A stretch of DNA of 64,000 bases, taken from positions 18,258 to 82,257 of the forward strand of contig JAQGDQ010002403.1 in the NCBI GenBank assembly GCA_030141605.1. Reading direction: 5' to 3'. The notes under the pieces are model-generated. The model was not told the DNA's origin and made no database searches. It was given only the letters and a program-made list of their open reading frames with translations. How positions within the stretch are numbered: position 1 is the first letter of the stretch; every line of letters begins with the position of its first letter. Made by a program: the position numbers and the translations under genes. Below are positions 9,923 to 21,140 of this stretch, in pieces. Origin of the DNA: Tubiluchus corallicola (taxonomy: Eukaryota; Animalia; Priapulida).

Positions 9923-10627
9923 ATGTTTAAAATAAAAACATTTACTGTAATACTAACACTTTGTGTCGTATCTACAAATGTGTTCTCAAAAAAAAAGAAA
10001 AAAGAAAAAAAAGAACAGCCTAAGTTTGTTTTTGAGAATAATAGAGATACTATAAGTTACGTACTAGGTCAGCTAACAGCTTCTAGTTTTTATAATGAAC
10101 TTGACTTTGATGTTAATATAGACCTATTTTCAAAAGCAATGCAAGATGTAAAAAACGACAGTATAATTTTCAATGAAAAACAAATACAAAAAATATTACA
10201 ATTATTCCAAGAACAAAGAAACAAACAAAGAATGGAAGCACAAAAAAGAAAAATAGAAGAAAACACAAAATTTCTCACAGAGAATAAAACCAAAGAAGGG
10301 GTAATAAGCACGGAAAGTGGGTTGCAATACAAATCAATAACCACAGGAGCAGGAAAGAAACCTCAAACAACGGATAGGGTAAAGTGCAATTATATAGGAA
10401 AACTTTTAGATGGAACTGTATTCGACCAATCATCAAACCCTATAGAATTCCCTGTAAATGGAGTTATACAAGGATGGCAAGAAGCACTGCAATTGATGAA
10501 CGTAGGCTCTAAATGGGAATTGTATATTCCCCCAGAGCTAGCCTATGGAGAACAAGGAGCAGGGAGCATAATACCTCCTAATGCGATTCTCATCTTTGAA
10601 ATAGAATTAGTTGAAATTGTACAATAA
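9923..10627 (+). CDS. FKBP-type peptidyl-prolyl isomerase (Mip/FkpA-like), Sec signal peptide
   Basis: FKBP_N dimerisation region (DTISYVLG), [27 protein letters not shown]; likely start ATG 9923. Confidence 0.93.
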   Translation: MFKIKTFTVILTLCVVSTNVFSKKKKKEKKEQPKFVFENNRDTISYVLGQLTASSFYNELDFDVNIDLFSKAMQDVKNDSIIFNEKQIQKILQLFQEQRNKQRMEAQKRKIEENTKFLTENKTKEGVISTESGLQYKSITTGAGKKPQTTDRVKCNYIGKLLDGTVFDQSSNPIEFPVNGVIQGWQEALQLMNVGSKWELYIPPELAYGEQGAGSIIPPNAILIFEIELVEIVQ

Positions 10628-10671
10628 AAAACATTACACATTAAATATTTAATAATAAAAATTTTAAAATT

Positions 10672-11373
10672 ATGAACTATATCAAACCATTTATCGCAAT
10701 ACTAGTCATAGGTATAATTATCGTTACTTCCTGTTCAGAAGGGGGAAACATTACAACAAACACAAAACTGAAAAATAATACTGACACTATCAGCTACATA
10801 CTAGGTAATATGACAGGTGCCAACTTCAAGGAAATAGACTTTTCTCCAAATTTAAAAGCCTTTGCACAAGGAATACAAGACGCTAAAAATGATACTTCAA
10901 AATTTCAAAACCAAGAAATGGGACAAATCCTACAAAAATTCCAATTAGAAATAGAACAGAACAGAATGATAAAGGAACAAGAAATAGCTCAAAAAAATAA
11001 AGAAAAAGAAGAGGTTTTTCTCGCAGAGAATAAAGAAAAAGAAGGAATAACAACTACCGAAAGTGGTTTGCAATACAAAATAATAACAGAAGGAACAGGC
11101 AACAAACCTAAAGAAACTGACAAAGTAAAATGCAATTACACAGGAAAACTTCTGGATGGAACAATATTTGATAGCTCTACAAGTCCCATAGAATTTCCCG
11201 TAAATGGAGTTATCCAAGGATGGCAAGAAGCACTGCAATTGATGCCTACAGGTTCTAAATGGGAGCTATTTATTCCAGCAAGCCTTGCCTATGGAGCAAG
11301 AGGAGCAGGAGACAGAATAGAGCCTAATTCTACATTACACTTCGAAATAGAACTATTAGAAATAGTAAAATAA
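10672..11373 (+). CDS. FKBP-type peptidyl-prolyl isomerase (Mip/FkpA-like), lipoprotein
   Basis: Lipobox IVTSC and the same FKBP motifs as the upstream paralogue. Confidence 0.94.
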   Translation: MNYIKPFIAILVIGIIIVTSCSEGGNITTNTKLKNNTDTISYILGNMTGANFKEIDFSPNLKAFAQGIQDAKNDTSKFQNQEMGQILQKFQLEIEQNRMIKEQEIAQKNKEKEEVFLAENKEKEGITTTESGLQYKIITEGTGNKPKETDKVKCNYTGKLLDGTIFDSSTSPIEFPVNGVIQGWQEALQLMPTGSKWELFIPASLAYGARGAGDRIEPNSTLHFEIELLEIVK

Positions 11374-11408
11374 TTTAATATCTATTTCTATCTCATAATT
11401 TTAATAAT

Positions 11409-11451
11409 ACAACAATTGTAGGAAACAATCTATGTTTCTTATAATTGTTGT
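11409..11451 (+). terminator. Long stem-loop downstream of the FKBP pair
   Basis: acaacaattgtaggaaaca-atcta-tgtttcttataattgttgt, 19-bp arms with G-U pairs. Confidence 0.5.
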
Positions 11452-11560
11452 GCCTCTATCGCTTATCTTATTACAAAAGAAAAAGTTACTCAATTTACCA
11501 TAGAAAACGAATAATAAATTTCTTTTTTTATACTTTTGAACTTATTTTAAACTACTTGTA

Positions 11561-12631
11561 ATGAAAAACAACTATTGTGTAATAATGGCAGGAGGAGTAG
11601 GTTCACGTTTCTGGCCTCTCAGCAGAACAAGTAAACCTAAACAATTTATAGACATACTTGGAACAGGTAGAACTTTTCTTCAACAAACATTTGATAGGTT
11701 TAGAAACATTTGTCCAACACAAAACATATATATAGCCACTAGTGAAAATTATAAACAACTAGTGTTGGAACAACTACCTGAAATCAATGAACCCCAAGTA
11801 CTATGTGAACCTGAAAGAAAGAACACAGCTCCCTGTGTAGCTTATGCTAACTTCAAGATAAAACAAATAAACCCCAATGCCATAATAGTAGTAGCCCCCT
11901 CCGACCATCTCATTACAAAAGAAGAAGAATTTACCAAAACCATTAAAGAAAGTATGCTATTTGCTTGTGAAAACGATTGTCTACTCACACTTGGCATAAA
12001 ACCTTATAGACCTGATACAGGCTACGGATATATACAAATCAACACCAATAAGCCCACGCAAAACAAAAATATTAACAAAGTAAAAGCATTTACCGAAAAA
12101 CCTAACTTAGAAACAGCAAAAATTCTATATAAAAGCCAAGAGTATTTCTGGAATTCAGGCATATTTATCTGGTCATTAAAAAACATAGAAAAAGCTATGC
12201 AAAAATATCTGCCAGAGATAAACGCCCTTTTCAACACCAGCTATGACAACGAAAAAAATCATATAAAGAATGCTTTCTCCCAAAGCCCCAACATCTCTAT
12301 AGATTACGGCATAATGGAGAAAGTCAGCAACGTTTACGTTTATACAGCAAACTTTGGATGGTCAGATCTTGGAACATGGGGTGCATTATACGAACACAGC
12401 CTATTAGATGCTAATAAAAACGCAATAACAGGAAAAAACATAATGCTCTACGACACTCAAAACTGTATCGTCAAATTTCCAGATGATAAACTTGTAGTAT
12501 TACAAGGGCTTGACAATTACATAATAACAGAGTCAGACAATATGCTTCTGATTTCAAAGAAAGAAGAAGAACAAAAAATTAGACAAATTGTAGAAGACAT
12601 AAAAAACAAAAAAGGAAGCCAATACACATAA
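11561..12631 (+). CDS. Mannose-1-phosphate guanylyltransferase
   Basis: IMAGGVGSRFWPLSR..PKQF, EPERKNTAP, WNSGIF, ISIDYGIMEK, GWSDLGTW. Confidence 0.95.
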   Translation: MKNNYCVIMAGGVGSRFWPLSRTSKPKQFIDILGTGRTFLQQTFDRFRNICPTQNIYIATSENYKQLVLEQLPEINEPQVLCEPERKNTAPCVAYANFKIKQINPNAIIVVAPSDHLITKEEEFTKTIKESMLFACENDCLLTLGIKPYRPDTGYGYIQINTNKPTQNKNINKVKAFTEKPNLETAKILYKSQEYFWNSGIFIWSLKNIEKAMQKYLPEINALFNTSYDNEKNHIKNAFSQSPNISIDYGIMEKVSNVYVYTANFGWSDLGTWGALYEHSLLDANKNAITGKNIMLYDTQNCIVKFPDDKLVVLQGLDNYIITESDNMLLISKKEEEQKIRQIVEDIKNKKGSQYT

Positions 12632-12661
12632 AAAAAGGAGCTTTTAAAAAAGCTCCTTTTT
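12632..12661. terminator. Bidirectional intrinsic terminator between the guanylyltransferase gene and porN
   Basis: Perfect inverted repeat aaaaaggagctttt-aa-aaaagctccttttt between convergent genes. Confidence 0.8.
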
Positions 12662-12687
12662 CATATATATAAAAGTCAATACACTTC

Positions 12688-13590
12688 TTAATATTCCCAT
12701 AAATCTTGTTCAAAATCAAGAATCTCATTCTTAATTCTTTCCGCCTCTACAATTGCATCAATACCCAACTTATAACTTTGGATATATCTATCAAACCTAT
12801 TAGATTCCTTAATAATATAGCTATTAAAATATCTCTTCATAAACAAATCATCATAAGAAAATCGTTGAGCATCGTTTCTATCGTCAAAAATCTCATTCCT
12901 CGCTAACAGTGGTCTTGCCTCAGGAAAATATATCCAAAACAGTCTCCTCTTTTGAGGAGCTTCCTGGTCTATGTCTTCATCCCTAAAATACTCACGCACA
13001 GGGCACATTCCAATAATTCTTACCCCAAACGAAGAGCTTTTCTTATCAAAATACCACTGCTCCTTCAAGAGATACTCCTTCACCTCTTCAGGAGCAACTT
13101 CTGCCTGAGATACCACTTCTCTTATTTCGCCCGTTTCCACATCTCTCACCTGTTGAACTTCCGCCACAGCTCCAAAAGACTTATAAATTTCTTTCAAAGA
13201 AATAGGTGTATTAAAATCACCATTAATATCATTATCAGCCTCATAAGCTGTGATTTCTCCTTCATCAACACCTTCTAATAACAAATTAATTAAATTTGAT
13301 CTCCCTTGTGTTTTCTCAAAAGGATAATAAAAAATATGATTAGCTCGCTCCCTTACATCTATACGCCTCCATATTGTTTTAGACCATAATATATCAGCCT
13401 CCCTAAGTTCAGGATATGGCATAGGTTTTTTAGCTTTAATATGCTCCTTCACATAAACATTACCCATTAAATCAGCAGAATCATTTGTCGCTCTATTATC
13501 AAAAGGAGCATTTACAATATCTTGTTGTTGCGAGACTACCCCTACATTATATAAGCACACAATACTTAAAATCAATATAACTTTTTTCAT
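12688..13590 (-). CDS. porN: Type IX secretion ring protein PorN/GldN
   Basis: LREADILWSKTIWRRID, KEQWYFDKKSS, LFWIYFPEAR, C-terminal FEQDLWEY; last gene of the porP-K-L-M-N operon. Confidence 0.93.
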   Translation of the reverse strand: MKKVILILSIVCLYNVGVVSQQQDIVNAPFDNRATNDSADLMGNVYVKEHIKAKKPMPYPELREADILWSKTIWRRIDVRERANHIFYYPFEKTQGRSNLINLLLEGVDEGEITAYEADNDINGDFNTPISLKEIYKSFGAVAEVQQVRDVETGEIREVVSQAEVAPEEVKEYLLKEQWYFDKKSSSFGVRIIGMCPVREYFRDEDIDQEAPQKRRLFWIYFPEARPLLARNEIFDDRNDAQRFSYDDLFMKRYFNSYIIKESNRFDRYIQSYKLGIDAIVEAERIKNEILDFEQDLWEY

Positions 13591-13608
13591 CTGTAATCTT
13601 TTAAACTA

Positions 13609-15159
13609 TTAAATTACTTTAAAAACAATGGGCAAAAGCTCCCTAGCTTTTCCGTCAGGCCCTATTGCTTTTATATTTTCTATATACACTTTTTGATTTC
13701 TTCTCAGCTTTCTCATCATATTCTTTTGATCGTTAGTAAAACGACTACTATTAGATTCTTGCTCATTCACATAGCCCGCATTATCAGTCATAGAAACACT
13801 AAACTGAGTAACTCTAAATTTCAAATCAAAATCAAAATTCTCTAAATCAGCAAGCACACCCGACTGAGCAATTAGCTCATTTTTTCTAATGTTCCCTCCT
13901 TTCTTACCCGCCACCTTAGCAATAGGATCAGGTACCTCCTTAACTCTAAAATCAACACTTCCCATACTTTTGTATTTTCCATCGAACTCTGCCTGCACAC
14001 TAACAATAGCTTTTTTCCCAGGAGCTTTTGGTTTAACTATAAAATTATTACCTCTACGCTGAATATTTCCGTTAGAAATTGTAGCCTTAATTTTATTAGA
14101 AGGCACACCGGGAACTGATATACTTACAGGATTATCAACCCCCACATAAAACACATTCATCTTAGTAGGAGCCACTACTAAATTAGGTTGAGCAACCGTA
14201 TAACTCCTGTTAAAAACAAAATTTAAAGGACTGCCATCAGGAGCTTGATACCTTATTATGCCACTCCACTTTTTCTCTCCAACACTATTAGCATCCACTC
14301 TATACATAGCTCTTCCATCCTCTATTCCTAATGGTTTAGTACTCTCACCTACAAACACCTCAGGGTATTTAGTAGTATCCACTGCCGCCAAAAACACTTG
14401 AGCTTCATAAGTTCCTCCTTTCAACACATAATCAGATTTGGGAATTACAGTAGCAAATAACTTGTTGAATTTAAAAGATGAAGCATGAATTTGATCAAAC
14501 AAATACGATACCACATCAGCCTCTACATTTCTTATGTCACTTTGTTTCTTAGAAAGAATAGTTAAAACACCAATAAGAGGATAATGTTCAAAATTGTGAG
14601 CCTCCCAACTTAACTGCACTCCATCTTTCATTGGAGGAGGTGCGGTGCTTAAATTAGAGCGTATAGTCGCAATTAAAGCTGTGTCCTTCTCTCCTATTAT
14701 TTCTATTACTTTCTCTCTATATTCATCTATCTTTTCTTTTAATACTTCCCCTTGCTTTCCATTAAGCATTATGTTAGCAGGAACAGTGGTGTTATCCTTC
14801 TTCTCAATATTTTGAAAAGTAGTATCTGCCTCCTTTCCATCAGTCTCCTTTAACAGATTAATTTTCAATTGATGTATATAAGCATATAGCTCATCCGAAG
14901 CTACTTTAACTACATCTGCCTTTTTCTTCCATACACCTACTTTCTCTGGATTACCTGCTTCCTGCTCTGCAAAAGCACTGTAAACACTCTTGTTCTTGGC
15001 ATTAAAGTTTTCTATTGTACTATCAAAACCTTTCAACACTAAATCAAAGACATCCAAAATATCCTTAGACACATTCAAAGCCAACATAGCAAGCAACACT
15101 AGGTATAACATACCTATCATTTTTTGTCTTGGCGTTTCCGGACAATTAGCAACACCCAT
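13609..15159 (-). CDS. porM: Type IX secretion motor protein PorM/GldM
   Basis: TPRQKMIGMLYLVLLAMLALNVS TM helix; KMNVFYVGVDNPVSISVPG. Confidence 0.95.
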   Translation of the reverse strand: MGVANCPETPRQKMIGMLYLVLLAMLALNVSKDILDVFDLVLKGFDSTIENFNAKNKSVYSAFAEQEAGNPEKVGVWKKKADVVKVASDELYAYIHQLKINLLKETDGKEADTTFQNIEKKDNTTVPANIMLNGKQGEVLKEKIDEYREKVIEIIGEKDTALIATIRSNLSTAPPPMKDGVQLSWEAHNFEHYPLIGVLTILSKKQSDIRNVEADVVSYLFDQIHASSFKFNKLFATVIPKSDYVLKGGTYEAQVFLAAVDTTKYPEVFVGESTKPLGIEDGRAMYRVDANSVGEKKWSGIIRYQAPDGSPLNFVFNRSYTVAQPNLVVAPTKMNVFYVGVDNPVSISVPGVPSNKIKATISNGNIQRRGNNFIVKPKAPGKKAIVSVQAEFDGKYKSMGSVDFRVKEVPDPIAKVAGKKGGNIRKNELIAQSGVLADLENFDFDLKFRVTQFSVSMTDNAGYVNEQESNSSRFTNDQKNMMRKLRRNQKVYIENIKAIGPDGKARELLPIVFKVI

Positions 15160-15207
15160 AGTATATTACATTAATTTTTATCATAAAAAAGTTCTTTTTC
15201 TTCTCTC

Positions 15208-16209
15208 CTACTTTAGTTCTTTAGATAAATCATTCAACATATTACCATAAACATCACTTAACGCACTAATATTGCTCACCAAACGTTCACTCTCTTGATG
15301 ATACTTTTGCGAATTTTCTACCGAAGTTTCTAAACCTTTATGTAGCTTCTGTGCAGTTTTCACATACTCATTAGCTTCATTTAACTGTAATTCATATGCT
15401 GCATTTAAAGCAGACAGATTCTTGTTCACATTCTCCAAACTTTTCGTATACTCAACATTGCTTGTTTCCATTACACCTACCTTGTCTTTAACTGTTTGAG
15501 ACAATTGCAAATAAGCATCCGAAATATTTTGACTAGATGTTTTTATTGCCTCACTTGCATTATTATAAGATATAGCAATATCTTGATTCGAATGTTTTAA
15601 TGTTTCACTTGTCTCCTTCACACTTTCTGCAATATCCTTTGTTGATCTGTCCATTTCCTCTGCAAAATTAGAGGCGGACATATTAATAATCTCCGAAAAA
15701 GAATTAGTAGACTCAGAGAACTTTTGGGAGTTTTCCTTAAAAGAACTTAAACCTTCACTTGCTTCATTAATATTTTCCACATAACTATCCATAGCAACAG
15801 AAATTCCTGACAAACTCTCCATAGAAGAAACTGTTTCTTGCAATTTTCCAAAACTTTCTTCCAAAATCTGAGCTTCCTCAACAGAAATACGAGGCATAGT
15901 TCCTCCTACGCCTTGTTGTGCAATAACAGGTTCTTTGGGAGCAATAGGAGTATTTAAACTATTCGGTTCCAAGCCCGCCAATTCTGGATACACAATACTC
16001 CAATCCACCTCCTTGTGAGGAGGTTCAAAAGCAGAAAAGAAGAAAATAACAGCCTCAACCCCCAAGCCCAATACAATAAAAAGACTTGCACCAGGATAAT
16101 GCTGGATCTTAAAAAGTGCTCCAATAATCACAACAGATGCCCCCCAACCAGTCACAAAACCCATAAATCGTCGCCATTTATCGCTTTCCACTAATTCTTT
16201 TAGTCCCAT
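15208..16209 (-). CDS. porL: Type IX secretion motor protein PorL/GldL
   Basis: GASVVIIGALFKIQHYPG...EAVIFFFSAFEP, WSIVYPEL, long coiled coil, C-terminal VYGNML. Confidence 0.95.
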   Translation of the reverse strand: MGLKELVESDKWRRFMGFVTGWGASVVIIGALFKIQHYPGASLFIVLGLGVEAVIFFFSAFEPPHKEVDWSIVYPELAGLEPNSLNTPIAPKEPVIAQQGVGGTMPRISVEEAQILEESFGKLQETVSSMESLSGISVAMDSYVENINEASEGLSSFKENSQKFSESTNSFSEIINMSASNFAEEMDRSTKDIAESVKETSETLKHSNQDIAISYNNASEAIKTSSQNISDAYLQLSQTVKDKVGVMETSNVEYTKSLENVNKNLSALNAAYELQLNEANEYVKTAQKLHKGLETSVENSQKYHQESERLVSNISALSDVYGNMLNDLSKELK

Positions 16210-16254
16210 AGATATAAATTATTTAAAATAGTTTAATTAATTTTCAGCAACATA

Positions 16255-17619
16255 TTAAAAACTTCCAAGCAACGAAGACCTTACACATCTAAACCCAATG
16301 TACGCCCTTGTCTCATATTCATATTCATAGTCTCTCGTACCCACCTGTAAAAAATAAGCAATATCTTTCCAAGAACCTCCTCTTATCACCTTTCTTTTCA
16401 TCACATCAGGGTCATCTGGTCTCGAATTATATTTAAAATCAGGGCTCATATCATGAACAAGATTATAAGAAGATTCATCATAAGCAGTACTTGTCCACTC
16501 AGCTACATTACCTGCCATATCATATAAATTAAACTCATTAGGAGCATAACTACCAACAGGTGTAGTAGTAGTACCTCCATCAGCAGCATAATTACCTCTT
16601 AAAGGCTTAAAATTTGCTAAAAAACATCCTTTATTATTTCTCGTATAAGGGCCACCCCAAGGGTATGGAGACATTTGCAACCCCCCCCTTGCAGCGTACT
16701 CCCACTCAGCCTCTGAAGGTAAGCGATAGTCTTGAACCTCTACGCCTTGTTTCTGCCTCAAAAAACTATTTAAAGAATTAGTTCGCCAAATACAAAATGC
16801 AGTAGCTTGCTTCCAATTTACCCCTACTAATGGGTACTCGTCAAAGCCAGGATGGCTAAAGTAACCTCTCACATAAGGCTCATTAAAAGAATAAGTAAAA
16901 TCCCTAATCCAACAAAGTGTATCAGGATAAACATTTACCTTATCTCTCATTATAAAAGAAGACCTTCCAGTTATCTCGCGTCTCTCTCCATCAATATCAT
17001 ATACATAACCCTCTCCCTCATATCGTTCTTCATCATAATTGTATTTATTCTTAGCAGCCTGAAGAAAATCAATCCAATAGTAAGCATAAACTAGCTTTCT
17101 AATATCTACTTCCTTCTTGCCAGGGAATCTGTCCTCTTCTGGATAATATAGCTCCTCCAAAGCTTCAACTATCTCTGGGTCTCTCATATCTATTGGGATA
17201 TCGTTATTTAATCTTGGAGGATCTATAAAATTTCCAAACTTATCCTCAGTTATTAAGAACTCATCAAATTGTTCACTCAAGATAGTTCTCTTTATAGAAT
17301 CTTTTACCCACTCTACAAATTGGCGATACTCATTATTAGTAATCTCTGTTTCGTCCATCCAAAAAGCTTCCATAGAAACTGTTTTAGATTGAGTATTCAA
17401 AGCCCAAGATACATCCTCATCGTTAGGTCCCATTATAAAACTTCCCCTTGGAATAAACACCATACCATATGGAACAGGTTCATACCATTTAGGCCTACCT
17501 CCAACTCCAACAAGCTCCCCATTTTTAGGAACTCTATTAGATGCAGTAGTTCCACAACTCAACATTGTAGCTACTATTCCTATTAAACCAGCGTATGAAA
17601 TAATTTTTCTTCTAACCAT
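16255..17619 (-). CDS. porK: Type IX secretion lipoprotein PorK/GldK (FGE-sulfatase fold)
   Basis: Lipobox MLSC, GELVGV, FWMDETEITNNEYRQF, RLPSEAEWEYAARGG, RGGSW...GFRC. Confidence 0.95.
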   Translation of the reverse strand: MVRRKIISYAGLIGIVATMLSCGTTASNRVPKNGELVGVGGRPKWYEPVPYGMVFIPRGSFIMGPNDEDVSWALNTQSKTVSMEAFWMDETEITNNEYRQFVEWVKDSIKRTILSEQFDEFLITEDKFGNFIDPPRLNNDIPIDMRDPEIVEALEELYYPEEDRFPGKKEVDIRKLVYAYYWIDFLQAAKNKYNYDEERYEGEGYVYDIDGERREITGRSSFIMRDKVNVYPDTLCWIRDFTYSFNEPYVRGYFSHPGFDEYPLVGVNWKQATAFCIWRTNSLNSFLRQKQGVEVQDYRLPSEAEWEYAARGGLQMSPYPWGGPYTRNNKGCFLANFKPLRGNYAADGGTTTTPVGSYAPNEFNLYDMAGNVAEWTSTAYDESSYNLVHDMSPDFKYNSRPDDPDVMKRKVIRGGSWKDIAYFLQVGTRDYEYEYETRAYIGFRCVRSSLLGSF

Positions 17620-17650
17620 AAATTATTTATCTAAATTTCTATTGATCTAT

Positions 17651-18613
17651 CTATAAATATCTTACACTCTTATATTGTTTAGGTCTTATCTGCTTTCTTA
17701 AATCAAATAAATACTCAAACATAATTTCCAAAGAGTTTTTCCCTACAAGCCCTGAATACACTACATCATATGCAACCCCAATTCTTATTCCGTTTTTAAA
17801 CTCCATACCTCCCATCAAAGCAATTGCATCACTTTGCCTAAACAATAAACCGCCCCAGTATATCTTTTTATAAAGAAGAGTGGCTCCAATATCAAATTGA
17901 AAAATGTTTCTATTTAGCCTCATAAACACAAATGGCTCAATTTCTAATAAAGGATTGTTTAGTTGTTTTTTAAAGCCTCCTGTTAAATAATAATGGGTGG
18001 CTAATTTATAGCTCAATTGTTCTTTGTCTCCATATTTAAATTTACCATTATTCAAATGTAATATAGAAAATCCAATATACCATTCTTTTTCTTTATAAAA
18101 TATCCCCCAACCAGCATCAAAAATAATTTTATTCTCCTCTTCCTCTGGTACAATAGGGTCGTTTCCTACATTGCCATTTTCCACGTCTGGGAAATTTAGC
18201 TCAGCTATGTTTAATGACTTTTGAAAAATACCAAAACTTAAACCAAAACTTAAACTCCCTTTCCACACATCTTGTCTATACGCAGTCGAAAACTTCATAT
18301 TAACATTGCTTTCGACTCCTATGCTCTCTGATAAAATAGACAACCCTACACCCAAATCATTTCCTTTCACATTCAGTGGTAAATCACCATTAAATAACAC
18401 CGTAGTTGGTGCTCCACTCAAGCCCATCCATTGTTGCCTACTTACTGCTGAGATATGAACCCTATCATATCCACCAGCAACACTTGGGTTAACAAACAAA
18501 TAACTATACACATACTGGCTAAAATTTGGATCCTGTTGCGAAAAAATAGATTTCTCTATAAAAAGAGAAATAAATATTAAAAAAAATAGAACAACACTCC
18601 TTGCCAATATCAA
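17651..18613 (-). CDS. porP: Type IX secretion PorP/SprF-family outer-membrane beta-barrel
   Basis: QQDPNFSQY...NPSVAG...RQQWMG..GAP N-terminus; sits immediately upstream of porK. Confidence 0.92.
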   Translation of the reverse strand: MILARSVVLFFLIFISLFIEKSIFSQQDPNFSQYVYSYLFVNPSVAGGYDRVHISAVSRQQWMGLSGAPTTVLFNGDLPLNVKGNDLGVGLSILSESIGVESNVNMKFSTAYRQDVWKGSLSFGLSFGIFQKSLNIAELNFPDVENGNVGNDPIVPEEEENKIIFDAGWGIFYKEKEWYIGFSILHLNNGKFKYGDKEQLSYKLATHYYLTGGFKKQLNNPLLEIEPFVFMRLNRNIFQFDIGATLLYKKIYWGGLLFRQSDAIALMGGMEFKNGIRIGVAYDVVYSGLVGKNSLEIMFEYLFDLRKQIRPKQYKSVRYL

Positions 18614-18897
18614 TTTCTAAAACGAATAAATAGTTAATTTATTATTATATCTTTCCACAATGCAAAAAAGCAAAAAATTGACAATCCTCAAAACTTTTTA
18701 CATCTAAAATTAATTTTATAAAAGTCTATTTATTCTAAATAAAATCATAAAGCAAAAATATTAAAAAATACATTACAAAAAACTTATTATAATATTTTTA
18801 TTTTTTTTAACAAATTACCCTTTCCCTTCTTTCAGCACTATAACTATAATTTTCATACATTTGCATCACAAATATCTTGGTTATAAACATCATAAGA

Positions 18898-19728
18898 ATG
18901 AAAATATTTACAGAAAAAAAGAGACTAACACAAGAACTTGAAAACACACAAAAAAACATAGGATTTGTTCCCACAATGGGAATGCTACATCAAGGACATC
19001 TGTCGCTTATAGAAAAATCAACACAAGAAAACGAAATCACAGTAGTATCTATATTTGTTAATCCTACACAATTCAATGATCCCAAAGACCTTAAAAAGTA
19101 TCCTCGTAATTTAGAAAAAGACATTAAAAAACTACAAGCCGCAAAATGTACACATCTATTTATACCCTCCACACAAGAAATATACCCTAAACCTGATACA
19201 CGCACCTTCAACTTTGGATACCTTAACACTGTAATGGAAGCCAAATACCGAGAAAATCATTTCAATGGAGTAGCACAAGTAGTATCCAAACTATTTGAAA
19301 TTGTACCCGCCCACAAAGCCTATTTTGGACTAAAAGACCTACAACAATACGCCATCATCAAACAATTAGCACAACAACTCAAACTAAGAACCCAAATCAT
19401 CCCTTGCCCTACTGTTAGAGACACTGACAAACTTGCACTTAGCTCTCGTAATAAACGCCTTACACCTCAACAACGTAAAAACGCACAAGCCATACCTAAC
19501 ACATTGTTCAAAGCCAGAAAACTTGCTAATACGCATACGCCTGAACAACTCACTCAATGGGCAATACAGCAAATTAATCAAAACCCGAACATACAACTTC
19601 ACTACTTCCAAATAGTAGACCCTAACACACTCAAAACCATCACACACTGGAACGAAACCCCTAACCCCACAGCCTGTATAGCAGCAAACATAGGAGAAAC
19701 GAGGCTAATAGATAACCTTATATTTTAA
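18898..19728 (+). CDS. panC: Pantoate--beta-alanine ligase
   Basis: GFVPTMGMLHQGH, SIFVNPTQF, HFNGVAQVV, FGLKDLQQ, ALSSRN, RLIDN; likely start ATG 18898. Confidence 0.96.
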   Translation: MKIFTEKKRLTQELENTQKNIGFVPTMGMLHQGHLSLIEKSTQENEITVVSIFVNPTQFNDPKDLKKYPRNLEKDIKKLQAAKCTHLFIPSTQEIYPKPDTRTFNFGYLNTVMEAKYRENHFNGVAQVVSKLFEIVPAHKAYFGLKDLQQYAIIKQLAQQLKLRTQIIPCPTVRDTDKLALSSRNKRLTPQQRKNAQAIPNTLFKARKLANTHTPEQLTQWAIQQINQNPNIQLHYFQIVDPNTLKTITHWNETPNPTACIAANIGETRLIDNLIF

Positions 19729-19880
19729 AAAACAGACTACCCCCTTTTTTAAACAATACTCCATACCTTTCAAAGCAAATAATAGCAATTATACATTAGT
19801 TTCAAGTATATTTAATGTAAATACATACAACATAAAACAGCTCATTTAGTTTATATATAGAATCAAAAAAACTAAATGGG

Positions 19881-20515
19881 GTGAACAATACTTTTATTAG
19901 CCTAAAATTTTTACTGACAATTCTAGCAATATTTATAATCTCGCCCATAATAAAAAGGAGAAGAAAATATGCTTTTTAATGGGAAAAAACATAAAATAGG
20001 TTTCAGCTTAGGTTATGCAAGCCAACAAGTCGAAGTACTTGATAAAAGGCTAACCGTAGATGCACATTATATTTATGATGTGCATTTCTTTCAATTACAG
20101 TACGACTATTCTATCCTTAGAAAAAAAAGGTGGAGCTTAGAACTATTGGTACAATCTGAATATAATACTTCTTAATTTTACTGAAAAAGGAGATACAAAC
20201 AGCAACAAAGAAACAGGTTGTGAACTGGGAACTAACATAGGAATACTAATTCGAAAAAGCCTTTTGAAAGATTTTTTGGGAACTTACTTCCTTATCAATG
20301 TAGGACCTCACTACATAAGCGGAGCACCCAAAAGACAATCTCCACAATTTATAATCTCTGATAGCATTAACTTAGGCTTAAGTATCAAGGTGTTAAAAAA
20401 CTTATATGCAGATTTAAAAATAGGACTTAGACACTTGTCCAATGCAGGTTTAAACCCTCCAAACTCTGGGTTAAACTACCTTACCACAAATGCGGGCTTG
20501 TTTATAGCCTTTTAA
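19881..20515 (+). pseudogene. Frameshifted outer-membrane acyloxyacyl hydrolase / PagL-like beta-barrel gene
   Basis: Three fragments in different frames join up: signal peptide VNNTFISLKFLLTILAIFIISPIIK (from 19881), GEENMLFNGKKHK...EYNT (includes ORF 19969-20175), and LNFTEK...GPHYISG...GLRHLSNAGLNPPNSGLN (PagL-type H-x-S-N motif). Frameshifts near 19955 and 20170. Confidence 0.8.
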
Positions 20516-20623
20516 ACCTGTCTTAATAAAAAAATTAAACCGTCATATTGACGATTTCTTTACTTTTTAATTTATTTGATATAATTTTGCAAATAATATA
20601 CTATCGTAATACAAAATAATATA

Positions 20624-20974
20624 ATGCAAATAGAACTACTAAAATCTAAAATTCACAGAGTAACTATCACTGAAGCCAACATCAACTACACGGGTAGTGT
20701 AGAGATAGACCAAGACTTAATGGACGCTGCCAACATTTTAGAACATGAAAAAGTCCAAGTACTAAATCTCAATAATGGTGAACGCTTAGACACCTATGTA
20801 ATAAAAGGCAAACGAGGAAGTGGCACCATTTGTCTTAATGGGCCTGCTGCACGCAAAGGATTAGTAGGTGATATACTCATTATAGTAGCTTACTGTACCC
20901 TCACGCCCGAAGAAGCACACACACATCAACCTATTATTTTACATCCTGACACTGCCACCAACAAACTGAAATAA
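20624..20974 (+). CDS. panD: Aspartate 1-decarboxylase proenzyme
   Basis: KSKIHR...YTG-SVEID self-cleavage site, [16 protein letters not shown]. Confidence 0.96.
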   Translation: MQIELLKSKIHRVTITEANINYTGSVEIDQDLMDAANILEHEKVQVLNLNNGERLDTYVIKGKRGSGTICLNGPAARKGLVGDILIIVAYCTLTPEEAHTHQPIILHPDTATNKLK

Positions 20975-21140
20975 ATGCAATCATAACTGTAGTTGCATCA
21001 TAGCATAGTAAAGGAAAGTTGCAAACCTCCTCTACCATAAAACCACTTGAAAGAAGGTAACATATTACTTTATTTCAGAACAGGGGAATATCTTATTTTA
21101 AATTTAAATATCGTCTGCAATTTCAACTGCAAAGAGAGAA

